Positions 1 through 10,520 are shown, counted from the stretch's first letter. The stretch is DNA of 64,000 bases from Nitrospirota bacterium (GCA_016194285.1 JACQBZ010000028.1:25320-89319); one strand, 5' to 3'. Numbers and translations: made by a program. The notes: generated by a model from the letters alone, not told the origin.

Positions 1-456
1 CAATGGGGGGCCCGATACGGTCGTGACGGAATAAAGAAAACCGACGCCCGTACCAAAAGGCAGACCAACAGCCCGTTCGGAATTGATGGGTTTGCGCACA
101 CCGGCTGCTTGGAGGAGAATGAGGGGTAGAAGAACGGCGAAGGTCGTGAATTTGATCCAGCCGGGGTGGACGTACGACAAAACATAGCTGCCGAGAACGA
201 TGCCGGGAACCATCCCGATCAGAATGGGGATGACACGTCTCCAAACTTTCGACACGCCTCTCCAGTTTGTCAGCAAGACGTAACTGTTGATAAAGATCTC
301 GACCAGCACCAGGGCGGGGTTCAAGATCCGATTGGTATAGAACAGAAGCGCCACCGGGACGGTGATGGATGAAAAACCATGACCCAGTCCACCATTGACG
401 AGCGCCGCGAAAAGTGTAATGGAGATCAGTATGATTAGATCCGATTCGGTGCTCAT
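1..456 (-). CDS. TSUP/TauE-SafE-like integral membrane transporter (5' part; gene continues left of window)
   Basis: Reverse-strand ATG at 456-454 opens a frame that stays open to position 1. Its translation is very hydrophobic (MSTESDLIILISITLFAALVNGGLGHGFSSITVPVALLFY...). It is absent from the ORF track because there is no in-window stop. Confidence 0.4.
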   Translation of the reverse strand, partial: MSTESDLIILISITLFAALVNGGLGHGFSSITVPVALLFYTNRILNPALVLVEIFINSYVLLTNWRGVSKVWRRVIPILIGMVPGIVLGSYVLSYVHPGWIKFTTFAVLLPLILLQAAGVRKPINSERAVGLPFGTGVGFLYSVTTVSGPPL

Positions 457-469
457 ATCTTCACGGTAT

Positions 470-928
470 TCATATGTGATACATTAATACCTTCTGTTTG
501 TCTTTATCTTTCTTTCGCTCGCAAATATCTTGAATGGTAATAGACTCCAGAATCTTCATCACGGCCGCTCGGACTTCTTCCCAGATCGGCTTTAGAATAT
601 CCTCGCCGGGTTCAATTTCATACGGATGAAAACGGTCGTCATTTCCGGAAGGACGGTTGGATGGACCGATCGGACCCTCGATCGCTTCCAGAACGTCGCT
701 GATCCGAATCTCGGAGGGCGGCCGGCTCAGTACATATCCGCCCTGTGCGCCTCGTACGCTCTCGATCAGACCGGCTTTTCGAAGGCCGCTTAACACCTGT
801 TCTAAGAACCGAAGGGGTATCTGCTGGTTCTTCGCGATTGTTTTAGCCTGTAGGGGTGTCTCTTCGACATGTTGAGCCAGTTCGAATACGGCCAATACAC
901 CATACTCCCCCTTTGCTGAAAAACGCAT
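470..928 (-). CDS. Rrf2-family transcriptional regulator (no Cys cluster)
   Basis: MRFSAKGEYGVLAV...GGYVLSRPPSEIRISDVLEAIEGP is a typical Rrf2 HTH. It has no cysteines, so it is not a Fe-S IscR/NsrR type. The likely ATG at 928 lies inside the track ORF 470..949. Confidence 0.75.
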   Translation of the reverse strand: MRFSAKGEYGVLAVFELAQHVEETPLQAKTIAKNQQIPLRFLEQVLSGLRKAGLIESVRGAQGGYVLSRPPSEIRISDVLEAIEGPIGPSNRPSGNDDRFHPYEIEPGEDILKPIWEEVRAAVMKILESITIQDICERKKDKDKQKVLMYHI

Positions 929-1134
929 AATTCCTACCTTTCCGATCAAAATTAAGTAATTTATATAATATTCATAATCATGATGTCAATAGTTTTTATT
1001 TTTTATATAAAATATAGTTATAATTCAAAATGTTATAAAGATAATAATTTTGTCTTGTAGCAATACGGTATTGCAATTTGATTTATTTTATGTTATTGTC
1101 GCACATATTTTTATTAACTTGAAGGGACCATAAT

Positions 1135-2448
1135 TTGCTGCATATCTGGGCAGAATTAATTTCAATTTTCTTGCTTATTTTGTTGAACGGCTTCTTTGCG
1201 TGTTCCGAGATCGCGATTATTGCGGTCCGCCGTAGCCGGATCAAGCAGCTATTTGAGCAGGGCAATCGCCGCGCTGGCTTTGTCCATCAACTCCAGGAAG
1301 ACACAGCAAGGTTCTTGGCTACGATTCAGATTGGTATGACGGTCGTCAGTTCCTTGGCTGCGGCTGTGGGCGGTGTTTTTGCCGTCGAGACACTCAAGCC
1401 CGTCATTCAGCAGATTCCAAACGAAACGGTGCAGGAAGCCAGTGAAGCTCTGGCGGTGGGAAGTGTCGTACTCGTGATTTCCTACCTCTCACTCATCATG
1501 GGCGAGCTGGTTCCAAAATCCCTCGCGCTGAAATATTCGGAACCCATTGCCCTGCGAGTGGCCCTCCCAATCGTTTGGATGTCAAAGCTCACGTCAAGAT
1601 TTATCAAGATCCTGACGCTTTCCAGCAACTTCCTGCTGCGTTTCTTTAAGGGACCGGTTTCGCATGAGAAAACCTTTATCTCGGAGGAGGAAATAAAGAT
1701 CCTGATCCGTGAAGGGCGTGAGAAAGGGATCTTCGACCAGACGGAACAAGATTTGATCCACAGCGTGTTTGAGTTCACGGATATTTCGGTCAAGGAAGTG
1801 ATGATTCCTCGCCCGAAGATGCATGCCCTACAGATCGATATGCCTTCGGACGAACTTTTGAAATTTGTATCCACCCATAAATTCTCTCGTTACCCGGTTT
1901 ATCGTAGAGGGGTTAATGAAATTGTCGGGATCCTGTATTACAAGGACCTTATGAGCCAGCTGGTCAGCAAGGAACCGATCGACTTGAAAAATCTCATCCG
2001 GCCCGTATATTTTGTCCCGGAGACCATGAAAGTGAGCCATCTCTTAAAGGAACTTCAGCGCCGTCGGATCCAGATGGCCGTTGTCGTGAACGAATATGGA
2101 AGTGTTGAAGGTCTGGTCACGCTGGAGGATCTTGTGGAAGAAATTGTAGGGGAAATTCAGGACGAGGTGGACCGCGGCGAACGGCCCGTCGAGCGGTTGA
2201 AGGACGGGTCCATGGTTGTGGACGCCTCGATGTCCATTCGTGACCTTCACGATGATTATGGTCTGTCTCTGCCGGAGTCGTCCGAGTACGAAACACTGGG
2301 AGGGTTCTTTCTTTCACAGATCCAGAGCATTCCCCGTGGGGGCGAGATCATTCAACATGGAAAGTATAAGTTTACCGTTGTGGACATGGCGGATCGACGA
2401 ATCGCCAAGGTCAAGATCGAGAAAATCCCTGAGAAAGTTTCTTCTTAG
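1135..2448 (+). CDS. CNNM/HlyC-CorC family transporter (DUF21 TM domain + CBS pair + CorC_HlyC C-terminal domain)
   Basis: 437 aa with an N-terminal membrane domain followed by CBS-pair and transporter-associated domain architecture. Confidence 0.8.
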   Translation: MLHIWAELISIFLLILLNGFFACSEIAIIAVRRSRIKQLFEQGNRRAGFVHQLQEDTARFLATIQIGMTVVSSLAAAVGGVFAVETLKPVIQQIPNETVQEASEALAVGSVVLVISYLSLIMGELVPKSLALKYSEPIALRVALPIVWMSKLTSRFIKILTLSSNFLLRFFKGPVSHEKTFISEEEIKILIREGREKGIFDQTEQDLIHSVFEFTDISVKEVMIPRPKMHALQIDMPSDELLKFVSTHKFSRYPVYRRGVNEIVGILYYKDLMSQLVSKEPIDLKNLIRPVYFVPETMKVSHLLKELQRRRIQMAVVVNEYGSVEGLVTLEDLVEEIVGEIQDEVDRGERPVERLKDGSMVVDASMSIRDLHDDYGLSLPESSEYETLGGFFLSQIQSIPRGGEIIQHGKYKFTVVDMADRRIAKVKIEKIPEKVSS

Positions 2449-2540
2449 ACCGCAATCTCAAAGGCGCATGCTCAGCCGCATTTGTTGAACTCATTTGAGC
2501 GCATCTCCATCGCCAAGGCCTGGCGATATCCCAGGCTCCT

Positions 2541-3404
2541 TCAAATCCTGCATTCAAGTCGAACCTGTTCTTGGTAAGCCTCGTGTAAGAGGCGGGTGAC
2601 GGGACCGGGCCTCCCATCACCAATCGTGAACCCATCCGCTTTCGCGACGGGCATGATCTCCATTGACGTGTTGGTCAGAAAGCACTCATCCGCTTTGTAA
2701 AGATCTGAGGGCCGGAGACGAGTTTCCTTCACAGGAATGTCGGCCTGCCTTGCCAAATCGATGACGAGTCGACGTGTGATTCCCGCCAAAATGCCCAGAT
2801 CAACCGTAGGAGTATAAAGCCGGCCTCGCGTCACGATAAAAAAATTGCTGATGCTTCCTTCGGTTAAATAGCCGTTGACGGCGAGCATCAGCCCTTCATC
2901 TGCACGGTTTCGCTTGGCCTGGATTTTAGCCAAGATGTTGTTGAGAAAGTTGGCCGATTTGATCTGGGGGTCCAAAACCGACCGAGGGGTCCTGCGCACC
3001 GACACAATGGCTATTTTCAATCCATGATGGTATTGACGGGGATTGTAACCGTTGAAGACGCGGGGGATAATGACGAACGTCGGTTTTCGGCAGAGGGCGG
3101 GATCCAAGCCGATCGGTCCACAACCGCGTGAAATACAGATTCGAAGCAAAGCATTTTTTAGATGGTTGACCAACAGAGTTTCATCGAGCTGTCGACGTAA
3201 AACGGGAAGGGTGTATGGGAGGAAGATTTCAAGTCCTCGGGCCGACTCTTTTAACCGCCTCAGGTGTTCGTCAGATCGAAAGAGCCTTCCTTGGTAAGCC
3301 CGCAGGGTTTCAAATACGCCGTCTCCATAAAGAAAACCATGGTCGAGTACGGAAATGACGGCTCTCTGTTCATCGACAAACTTGCTGTTGAGATAAATGC
3401 GCAT
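2541..3404 (-). CDS. Class IV (fold type IV) aminotransferase, likely aminodeoxychorismate lyase PabC or branched-chain/D-amino-acid aminotransferase
   Basis: HGFLYGDGVFETLRAY motif. It lies immediately downstream of pabB on the same strand. Confidence 0.75.
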   Translation of the reverse strand: MRIYLNSKFVDEQRAVISVLDHGFLYGDGVFETLRAYQGRLFRSDEHLRRLKESARGLEIFLPYTLPVLRRQLDETLLVNHLKNALLRICISRGCGPIGLDPALCRKPTFVIIPRVFNGYNPRQYHHGLKIAIVSVRRTPRSVLDPQIKSANFLNNILAKIQAKRNRADEGLMLAVNGYLTEGSISNFFIVTRGRLYTPTVDLGILAGITRRLVIDLARQADIPVKETRLRPSDLYKADECFLTNTSMEIMPVAKADGFTIGDGRPGPVTRLLHEAYQEQVRLECRI

Positions 3405-3410
3405 CGTCCG

Positions 3411-4886
3411 CTAACGCAACCGACTCAGAGCACGAAGCAAGGCCTCGGCTTTGTAAAGGGTTTCTTTATATTCAAGTTCAGGTTCCGAGTCGGCCACGAT
3501 GCCACCGCCGACCTGGATATAGGCGCGGCCATTTTTAATCACAAACGTCCGTATAATCAAGTTTAGGTCCAGTTCATCCGCAAAGCTGATATATCCGAAT
3601 GAGCCTGTATAGGGACCTCGAACCACCGGCTCCAATTCCTCGATGATCTCCATGCAGCGGACTTTGGGCACGCCGGTAATGGTCCCGCCCGGAAAGACGG
3701 CTCGGATGACGTCGAGGGAATGCTTGCCGGGTGAAAGTTCTCCACGGATATTGGAGACCATATGCATCACATGCGAGTAACGCTCCGTGACCATGAACTC
3801 ATTGACCTGGACGCTTCCGTAACGGCAGACTTTGCCAAGGTCATTCCGCTCCAGATCCACCAGCATGAGATGCTCCGCCCGTTCTTTTTCATTGGAGAGA
3901 AGTTCCATCCGCATTTCCCGGTCCTCGGGGGGATTTTCCCCTCGGGGTCGAGTTCCGGCGATGGGTCGGGTTTCAAGAAGGCCTTCTTGCAGACGGATAA
4001 GGCGTTCAGGAGAGGCACTGACCAGATAAAGATCTTCCATCTGGAGAAAGCCGGCAAAGGGAGAAGGATTGATTTCGCGCAGGACCTTGTACAGCAACCA
4101 AGGGTCCTGATCAAATGGAACCGAAAAGCGCTGTGAAAGATTAGCTTGATAAATGTCACCCGCAGCAATGTATTCTTTACACCGCAGGACCATTTTGATG
4201 TATTGTTCCTTTGTGAAATTCGAATCTGGATGAGCCGTCAGGGTCGAATTAGATTTGGGAAGACGACTTTGAATTGAACCTGCCAGTTGTTCCTCAATTC
4301 GTGCAATCTTCGATAGGCCCTTCTCCAAGAGGGCCTTACGGTCCGTGTGTAGAACATGGCTCTTGGGTGGCGTATAAATGATCTGGATGGTTTTTTGCTC
4401 ATGATCGAAGGCGATGACGGTATCTGTAAACATGAATAAAAGGTCTGGACAATCCAGATCATCCAAGCCAAGCCTGGGGAGTTTTTCGAAAAAACGGCCG
4501 ATGTCGTAACTGAAAAATCCGACGGCTCCGCCTGAAAAAGTGGGTAATCCTTCCGACTTGGGTATCGAAAACTCGTCGAGCAGGTTTTTCAGAATGGTCA
4601 ATGGAGATTCCTGGAGGATTTGGTGAGAACCTTGCCGATGGATCTCGCCCCGCTGGCCTTTCGTTCTCAAAACAAGGAAAGGTTCTGTTCCCACAAATGA
4701 GTAGCGTGCCGTTGCCCTCGACCCTTTCACACTTTCCAAAAGGAAACTAAAGGGACCGGTTGCGATGCGCTCATATGCCGCGACCGGTGTTGTCGTACTC
4801 CAGGATAGCCGTTTGACCAGCGAACCGGGATAAGGGCACTTTAGAAAGTGTTCTTTGGTTTGAAAATCCATTGAAAGGGGTTTCAT
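3411..4886 (-). CDS. pabB: Aminodeoxychorismate synthase component I / anthranilate synthase component I family (chorismate-binding)
   Basis: 491 aa with a chorismate-binding domain (PIAGTRPRG...ERAEHLMLVDLERNDL...GGTITGVPK). Confidence 0.8.
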   Translation of the reverse strand: MKPLSMDFQTKEHFLKCPYPGSLVKRLSWSTTTPVAAYERIATGPFSFLLESVKGSRATARYSFVGTEPFLVLRTKGQRGEIHRQGSHQILQESPLTILKNLLDEFSIPKSEGLPTFSGGAVGFFSYDIGRFFEKLPRLGLDDLDCPDLLFMFTDTVIAFDHEQKTIQIIYTPPKSHVLHTDRKALLEKGLSKIARIEEQLAGSIQSRLPKSNSTLTAHPDSNFTKEQYIKMVLRCKEYIAAGDIYQANLSQRFSVPFDQDPWLLYKVLREINPSPFAGFLQMEDLYLVSASPERLIRLQEGLLETRPIAGTRPRGENPPEDREMRMELLSNEKERAEHLMLVDLERNDLGKVCRYGSVQVNEFMVTERYSHVMHMVSNIRGELSPGKHSLDVIRAVFPGGTITGVPKVRCMEIIEELEPVVRGPYTGSFGYISFADELDLNLIIRTFVIKNGRAYIQVGGGIVADSEPELEYKETLYKAEALLRALSRLR

Positions 4887-4994
4887 TTACTTTTTTTCAA
4901 TCCGACCATTCGCGCTGTTTCAAAGCGCGTTTCATCATACCTTAAACGGCCGGCTTGTCAAGACGTTAAGCAGGCGCATCCCTATAAAGCGGTT

Positions 4995-5023
4995 TTGACA
5001 ATCCATCGGTCAGCATCTATAAT
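4995..5023 (+). promoter_or_regulatory. Consensus sigma70 promoter TTGACA-17-TATAAT
   Basis: ttgaca(4995-5000), 17-nt spacer, tataat(5018-5023), about 25 nt upstream of the HEAT/HD-GYP operon. Confidence 0.55.
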
Positions 5024-5047
5024 TAATCACAAACACGGGTTGTAGAG

Positions 5048-6802
5048 ATGGATGCGAAACTTCCAGGACCGGTCAAAAGTTCAGATTCCGATTCTAAAGT
5101 CGATGCGGATGTTGAGATTGATAAAGAAGAACTCAAATCGGTCAAAGATGTCCTTCTCCAGCTGACCAAAACGGCCAAAACCCTTAAAATCTATCTTCCC
5201 AATAATCCCATTTATCAAAAATTCCTGCAAGAACTTCAAAGCCGGTTCGATGCCCATCTTCGGGAATATGAGACGTTACGGCTTAAAATAAAGCAGTATG
5301 CCCTTTACTATAAAGGGCAAGTCGTTTATGAAAACACGAACCGACTGGAAAGCCTGGCTTTCAAGCTCTTTGTGGACGGCGTTCGAGACTTAACCTTCCT
5401 TGAGGGTATTGATAAAGACGAGATTACGAGCTTATTGGAGATTATCGGCCGGGAATACGATCCCAGCAACCCGGATGACGATATGGTGACGCTTTTATGG
5501 GAAAGACATTTTCCCCATATCAATTATTTAGTGGCCAGCGATTTCATCCAGGAAACCATCATGCCAAATAGGCCGCAGGAGGCGGCAATGTTTGAGAAAC
5601 TGGTTGAAAAAGAAAAATCCCAAATGAAGCCGGTGGCGGCGTCGGTTCAAACAACGCTCCAGGAACATCTGAGTCCCCAAATGGCCGTTCAGTCATCTCA
5701 GATTTTTGTTTTGTCAGAAGAGGAAATAGCCGCGATTAAGCAGCAAATGAAGGTGGAAAAATTTGCGAATCCGATCTCGACTCTCATGGGAATCTTGGCG
5801 GCCATTCTTCGGATCGAGAAGGACGATGCGGCGTTTTCCGAGATGGTTGAGATTCTCGATAATGTCTTGGAGACCCTGATGCTCCGAGGAGACTTCTGGC
5901 ACTCGAAGAAAATCCTGGAGCTCTTTCATGAACTCATGGAGCCGCAAAGAACCCTTCCGGAGTCTCAGCGGATTCGTTTAATTCAGGCGATCGATCGAGC
6001 GGGGGATCCACAGAGAATACGCGCGTTAGAGCCCGTGCTCAATCAGTGGGGAGCAAAAGAAACGGACGAGGTCTACGAATTCTGGTTGCTGCTCAACAAT
6101 AATGCCCTGCTCCCCTTGATCGAGCTTCTGGGCCGATTGACACAAATGAGAATGCGCCGTGTCATTTGCGAAGCCCTTGTTCATCTGGGAAAAGAAGATA
6201 TCGAACCTCTCATCCAAAAACTGGACGATCCTCGGTGGTTTGTGGTCAGAAATGTCGTTTATATTTTGGGCAAAATCGGACAGGAGAAGGTGATTGAGAA
6301 TTTCCGAAAATTGATTGGCCATAAGGAGGTTAAAGTTCGTAAGGAATTGCTTCATACCCTCGATGGAATGAAGGATAATCGGGCCCAGGAGCTGCTCGTG
6401 GGTTTTTTCAACGACCCGGAAAGTTCGCTTCGAATTCTGGCCGTTCGCAGCTTGGCGAGCCACAATTATCCAAGAGCCCTGGAGCCCTTAAAAAATATGA
6501 TCGATGAGCGGGAATTTGTTGTCCGGGATTTATACGAAAAGAAAGAAATCTTTGAGGCGTTGGGTAAAATAGGCGGCGCATCCATGGTGCCCAAGATGCG
6601 AAAACTCATCCGGCAAGGGGGCTCGGCTTGGTTTAAGAAAGCCGTCAAAGAAGAATTGGGACTGTGCGCAGTCATCACATTGAAACGCATTGGCACCGAA
6701 GATGCCGTTGCCGCATTACAAGAAGGGCAAAACCTGTCCAGCAAGGTCATTCGAGAAGCCTGTGTAAAAGCCCTGAGCGAGATCGGGAAATCCCATGGTT
6801 AA
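5048..6802 (+). CDS. HEAT/PBS-lyase-like repeat protein
   Basis: 584 aa with repeated ...VR..A...LG.IG... HEAT-like units in the C-terminal half. Its 3' end overlaps the HD-GYP gene by 8 nt, suggesting an operon. Confidence 0.6.
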   Translation: MDAKLPGPVKSSDSDSKVDADVEIDKEELKSVKDVLLQLTKTAKTLKIYLPNNPIYQKFLQELQSRFDAHLREYETLRLKIKQYALYYKGQVVYENTNRLESLAFKLFVDGVRDLTFLEGIDKDEITSLLEIIGREYDPSNPDDDMVTLLWERHFPHINYLVASDFIQETIMPNRPQEAAMFEKLVEKEKSQMKPVAASVQTTLQEHLSPQMAVQSSQIFVLSEEEIAAIKQQMKVEKFANPISTLMGILAAILRIEKDDAAFSEMVEILDNVLETLMLRGDFWHSKKILELFHELMEPQRTLPESQRIRLIQAIDRAGDPQRIRALEPVLNQWGAKETDEVYEFWLLLNNNALLPLIELLGRLTQMRMRRVICEALVHLGKEDIEPLIQKLDDPRWFVVRNVVYILGKIGQEKVIENFRKLIGHKEVKVRKELLHTLDGMKDNRAQELLVGFFNDPESSLRILAVRSLASHNYPRALEPLKNMIDEREFVVRDLYEKKEIFEALGKIGGASMVPKMRKLIRQGGSAWFKKAVKEELGLCAVITLKRIGTEDAVAALQEGQNLSSKVIREACVKALSEIGKSHG

Positions 6803-8279
6803 TGATCCTAAGCAGATAGAGCCGTTATCCACCCGGCAGCTCTTGTCCCCCAAAGGATTTGATGAAGAAATGGCTAAAAAGGGTAAAGAACTGGTCAACC
6901 AGTTCTATATCCTTATGAAGACTGCGCAGATCCATGGACCAACGAATGTGGCGATGGAAGCACCCATCGAAAATGTATTCCGGACTCTCCGAGGGGTTTG
7001 GCAATGGAGCGACGACGCCTATCTCCGATTGGAAGGGGATTACCTTTTCTTGGATGAACTCAAGCTCAAGATGGACATCGACGGTTTTACCAGCTTTACC
7101 TCGCTTATTGATGCGCTGAAGCAATTGCAGATCGGTGGCATCCTATTTAAAAAGTCCTCTACTACCGGAGATGAATTGAAGCGGTTCGTTTATATTCTCG
7201 TACAGACGGATCCCAATACCCCAGAGCCGTTTGAAGGGGTCACGCAACGGATGAAAACCATGGGGATTGCCAGCATCGAAGTTGATCCCTTTGAGGAAAA
7301 GAAGGAAAGTTTCGATGACATTCTCCGAGATACAAAAGAGATGGCCAAGAGCACCTATTTCAGAACGATGACGGCCGTTGCGGAGGTGATGGACAATATT
7401 AAACTAGGTCAGGCCGTGAGTGTGAAGCGGGCCAAGCGAGTGGTTCAGAGCATGGTGGACTTGTTGTTGCAGGAAGAGTCGACCCTCTTAGGACTAACGA
7501 CGCTCCGAAGTCATGACGAGTATACACATCACCATTCCGTGAATGTTTGCATTTTATCGCTGACCATGGGGCAGCGTCTGGGATACTCTAAAAAAGAGTT
7601 GACCGAGTTGGGAATCGCGGCCCTGTTTCATGATATGGGCAAGGCCAGCATTTCTCCCGAGATTTTGAACAAGCCGACGGACTTCACGGAAGAAGAGTGG
7701 CAGGTCATGCGTCGGCACCCCATTCTTGGCGTGAAATACGTCATCAAGCTAAAGGGCATCAACGAAATGACCATTCGGATGGTCACCGGTATATTCGAAC
7801 ATCACTTAAATTATGACTCGTCCGGCTACCCGAAGTTGGATACAAAGTGGGAACTCAGTCTTCTGGGAAGAATCATCAGCCTTGTAGACTGTTATGATGC
7901 CCTAACTTCTTCCAGGGTTTACAATCGTGTTCCTTATCCTCCGGATAAGGCGTTGAAATTTATGTTAAACAAAAGCGGACGAGCGTTTGATCCAATCTTG
8001 ATGAAAATTTTCGTCAACAGCATCGGCATTTTCCCGATCGGAACCTTGGTCCTCTTGGATACCAATGAACTGGGCGTTGTAGTCCAGACCAGTTCTTCTC
8101 CGGATCGAATAGATAGGCCAAAGGTCAAGATTATTGCGGACCCATCCGGCATGGAGGTTGACGGAGACGTGATAGACCTCTCTGAACTCAATGAAAAGAC
8201 AGGCCGTTTTAGGACGAGCATTCTCAAGATCATTGATTCCACAAAATATAAAGTCGACGTCAGCCGATACTTTTTGTAA
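6795..8279 (+). CDS. HD-GYP domain c-di-GMP phosphodiesterase with N-terminal domain of unknown function
   Basis: HHHSVNVC...LFHDMGK...HHLNYDSSGYPK contains the HD and GYP motifs. Confidence 0.8.
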   Translation: MVNDPKQIEPLSTRQLLSPKGFDEEMAKKGKELVNQFYILMKTAQIHGPTNVAMEAPIENVFRTLRGVWQWSDDAYLRLEGDYLFLDELKLKMDIDGFTSFTSLIDALKQLQIGGILFKKSSTTGDELKRFVYILVQTDPNTPEPFEGVTQRMKTMGIASIEVDPFEEKKESFDDILRDTKEMAKSTYFRTMTAVAEVMDNIKLGQAVSVKRAKRVVQSMVDLLLQEESTLLGLTTLRSHDEYTHHHSVNVCILSLTMGQRLGYSKKELTELGIAALFHDMGKASISPEILNKPTDFTEEEWQVMRRHPILGVKYVIKLKGINEMTIRMVTGIFEHHLNYDSSGYPKLDTKWELSLLGRIISLVDCYDALTSSRVYNRVPYPPDKALKFMLNKSGRAFDPILMKIFVNSIGIFPIGTLVLLDTNELGVVVQTSSSPDRIDRPKVKIIADPSGMEVDGDVIDLSELNEKTGRFRTSILKIIDSTKYKVDVSRYFL

Positions 8280-8339
8280 GCCCTGCCATTCGATTTTCTT
8301 AGCCCCATACAAAAAAATCCTTTTATTATAGTTTTAGAC

Positions 8340-8412
8340 TTGACAACATGAGAAAATATGTGATAAATTATATCCGACTAAAAGAGTCGCAGATTAAATC
8401 AGTCGTGTTTGA
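8340..8412 (+). promoter_or_regulatory. iscR promoter with two overlapping IscR type-1-like boxes
   Basis: TTGACA(8340-8345)-17-ATAAAT, followed by ATATCCGACTAAAAGAGTCGCAGAT (8370-8394). This resembles the IscR type-1 site (ATAsyyGACTrwwwyAGTCrrsTAT). A second half-site-like AAATCAGTCG follows. Confidence 0.5.
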
Positions 8413-8429
8413 GTATTTGGAGTGTAACG

Positions 8430-8843
8430 ATGTTGAAATTAAGCAAGAAAGTAGATTATGGGCTGATGGCGATCAGTCACATTGCCTATTGCGAGGATGA
8501 TCAGAAGATCGTCAACACCAAGAGAATCGCTGAAGAATACAGTATTCCGGTTGAGTTGCTCGCAAAGATACTGCAAAAAATGGCCAAGGGCGGATTAATA
8601 ACAAGCTTGAACGGTCCAAAAGGGGGATATGTTTTAGCAAGGCCTCCTCGAGATATTACCGTGGGTCAAGTGGTCAATGCCATTGAGGGACCCATTGAGC
8701 TGGTGCATTGCTATCGAGAAGATGAAACCGAGTGCCAACAGCTTGGGAAGTGCAGTGTAAGAAAGCCCATCCGGAGAATACAAGACAGCATTGCTCGGTT
8801 GTTGGACAGCATCACGATTGAGGAAATTACGCGGTTGTCTTAA
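8430..8843 (+). CDS. iscR: Fe-S cluster assembly transcriptional regulator IscR (Rrf2 family with Cys ligands)
   Basis: MLKLSKKVDYGLMAI...GGYVLARPP with a Cys-rich C-terminus (C..C.....C). It is the first gene of the isc operon. Confidence 0.85.
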   Translation: MLKLSKKVDYGLMAISHIAYCEDDQKIVNTKRIAEEYSIPVELLAKILQKMAKGGLITSLNGPKGGYVLARPPRDITVGQVVNAIEGPIELVHCYREDETECQQLGKCSVRKPIRRIQDSIARLLDSITIEEITRLS

Positions 8844-8864
8844 CCGCAACGAGAGGAGTTGGTT

Positions 8865-10079
8865 ATGAAGTTGCCTATTTATATGGATAATCACGCAACA
8901 ACTCCCATGGACCCGCGGGTCCTGGAAGCGATGATGCCTTATTTTACCGAAAAGTTTGGGAACGCCGCCAGCCGTAATCATTCTTTCGGATGGGAAGCAG
9001 AAAAGGCGGTGGACGATGCACGGCGTCAGATCGCGACGCTCATCCATGCGGATCCGAAAGAGATCATCTTCACCTCCGGTGCAACGGAATCGGACAACCT
9101 GGCCTTGAAGGGTGTGGTGGAGATGTATCGAGAAAAAGGCGATCATATTATAACCTCGGTAACGGAACACCGGGCGATACTGGATACGGTAAAGCGGTTG
9201 GAGAAGCAGGGCATGAAGGTGACCTATCTGCCCGTTGATAAAGATGGGTTTGTGAACCCCGATGAGGTGAGCAAGGCGATCACGGATAAAACGATCCTGA
9301 TCTCGATCATGATGGCCAATAATGAGATCGGGACGGTCAATCCGATCGCCGAGATCGGTCGGATCGCAAAATCGAGGGGTGTCTTGTTCCATTGTGATGC
9401 CACGCAAGGCGTCGGGAAGATTCCGGTGGATGTCGAAGCAATGGGGATCGACCTGATGTCGTTTTCCGCCCATAAGATCTACGGGCCGAAAGGGGTCGGT
9501 GCGTTGTATGTTCGTCGTAAAAATCCACGAGTCCGCTTAGCCCCCATGATGGATGGTGGAGGGCATGAGCGAGGGATGCGTTCAGGGACATTGCCTGTCC
9601 CATTGATTGTGGGATTTGGCAAGGCCTGTGAGATCTGCATGCAGGTGATGCCGGAAGAGTCGAAGCGATTGACCGAGATGCGGGAACGATTAAAGGCAGG
9701 AATTCTCAAAAACTTGGACGAAGTCTATCTCAACGGGCATCCCACGAAACGCCTTCCGAACAATCTTAACCTGAGTTTTGCGTATGTGGAAGGCGAATCG
9801 GTCTTGATGGGGTTAAAAGAGATCGCGGTTTCTTCAGGCTCCGCCTGTACCTCCGCCACGCTGGAGCCTTCGTATGTGATCCGGGCGTTGGGTGTCGGTT
9901 CGGATCTTGCCCATTCCTCGATTCGGTTCGGATTGGGTCGGTTTAATACGGAAGAGGAAGTGGATTATGTCATCAAACGGGTGACGGAGACGATTCAAAA
10001 ACTTCGGGCGATGTCGCCGCTTTACGAAATGGCCAAAGAGGGCATTGATATTAAAACCGTACAGTGGGCAAGAGATTAA
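8865..10079 (+). CDS. iscS: Cysteine desulfurase IscS
   Basis: [19 protein letters not shown]...[12 protein letters not shown]...SSGSACTS is canonical IscS. Confidence 0.95.
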   Translation: MKLPIYMDNHATTPMDPRVLEAMMPYFTEKFGNAASRNHSFGWEAEKAVDDARRQIATLIHADPKEIIFTSGATESDNLALKGVVEMYREKGDHIITSVTEHRAILDTVKRLEKQGMKVTYLPVDKDGFVNPDEVSKAITDKTILISIMMANNEIGTVNPIAEIGRIAKSRGVLFHCDATQGVGKIPVDVEAMGIDLMSFSAHKIYGPKGVGALYVRRKNPRVRLAPMMDGGGHERGMRSGTLPVPLIVGFGKACEICMQVMPEESKRLTEMRERLKAGILKNLDEVYLNGHPTKRLPNNLNLSFAYVEGESVLMGLKEIAVSSGSACTSATLEPSYVIRALGVGSDLAHSSIRFGLGRFNTEEEVDYVIKRVTETIQKLRAMSPLYEMAKEGIDIKTVQWARD

Positions 10080-10103
10080 GATTAGCAAAGGGAGGTAAAT
10101 AAA

Positions 10104-10496
10104 ATGGCGTATAGCAATAAAGTGATTGAGCATTACAATAACCCGCGGAACATGGGAAGTTTTGCGAAGGATGAAAAGGAGATCGGGACCGGCATTGTAG
10201 GTGCGCCCGAATGCGGAGACGTTATGAAACTCCAAATCAAGGTGGAGTCCGGCCGCATCGTTGACGCAAAATTCAAGACATTCGGTTGCGGAAGCGCGAT
10301 TGCCAGTTCCAGTCTCGCGACCGAATGGATGAAAGGAAAGACGTTGGACGAGGCCGAAAAAATTAAGAATACCGAGATTGTCCAGGAACTGTCTTTGCCG
10401 CCGGTGAAGATTCATTGCTCCGTGCTGGCGGAGGACGCCATCAAAGCCGCCATTGCAGATTATCGCAAAAAAACCGACAACAACGGTTCTATTTAA
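10104..10496 (+). CDS. iscU: Fe-S cluster scaffold IscU
   Basis: NPRNMGS...GAPECGDVMKLQIKV...FKTFGCGSAIASSS. Confidence 0.95.
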   Translation: MAYSNKVIEHYNNPRNMGSFAKDEKEIGTGIVGAPECGDVMKLQIKVESGRIVDAKFKTFGCGSAIASSSLATEWMKGKTLDEAEKIKNTEIVQELSLPPVKIHCSVLAEDAIKAAIADYRKKTDNNGSI

Positions 10497-10520
10497 CCAA
10501 GAACGAGGAGGAAACAAAAA

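Noticed and set aside
166-372. 68-aa plus-strand ORF
   Set aside because: It lies antisense inside the better-supported minus-strand membrane-transporter gene (1..456). It has low-complexity, GC-skewed composition and no SD.
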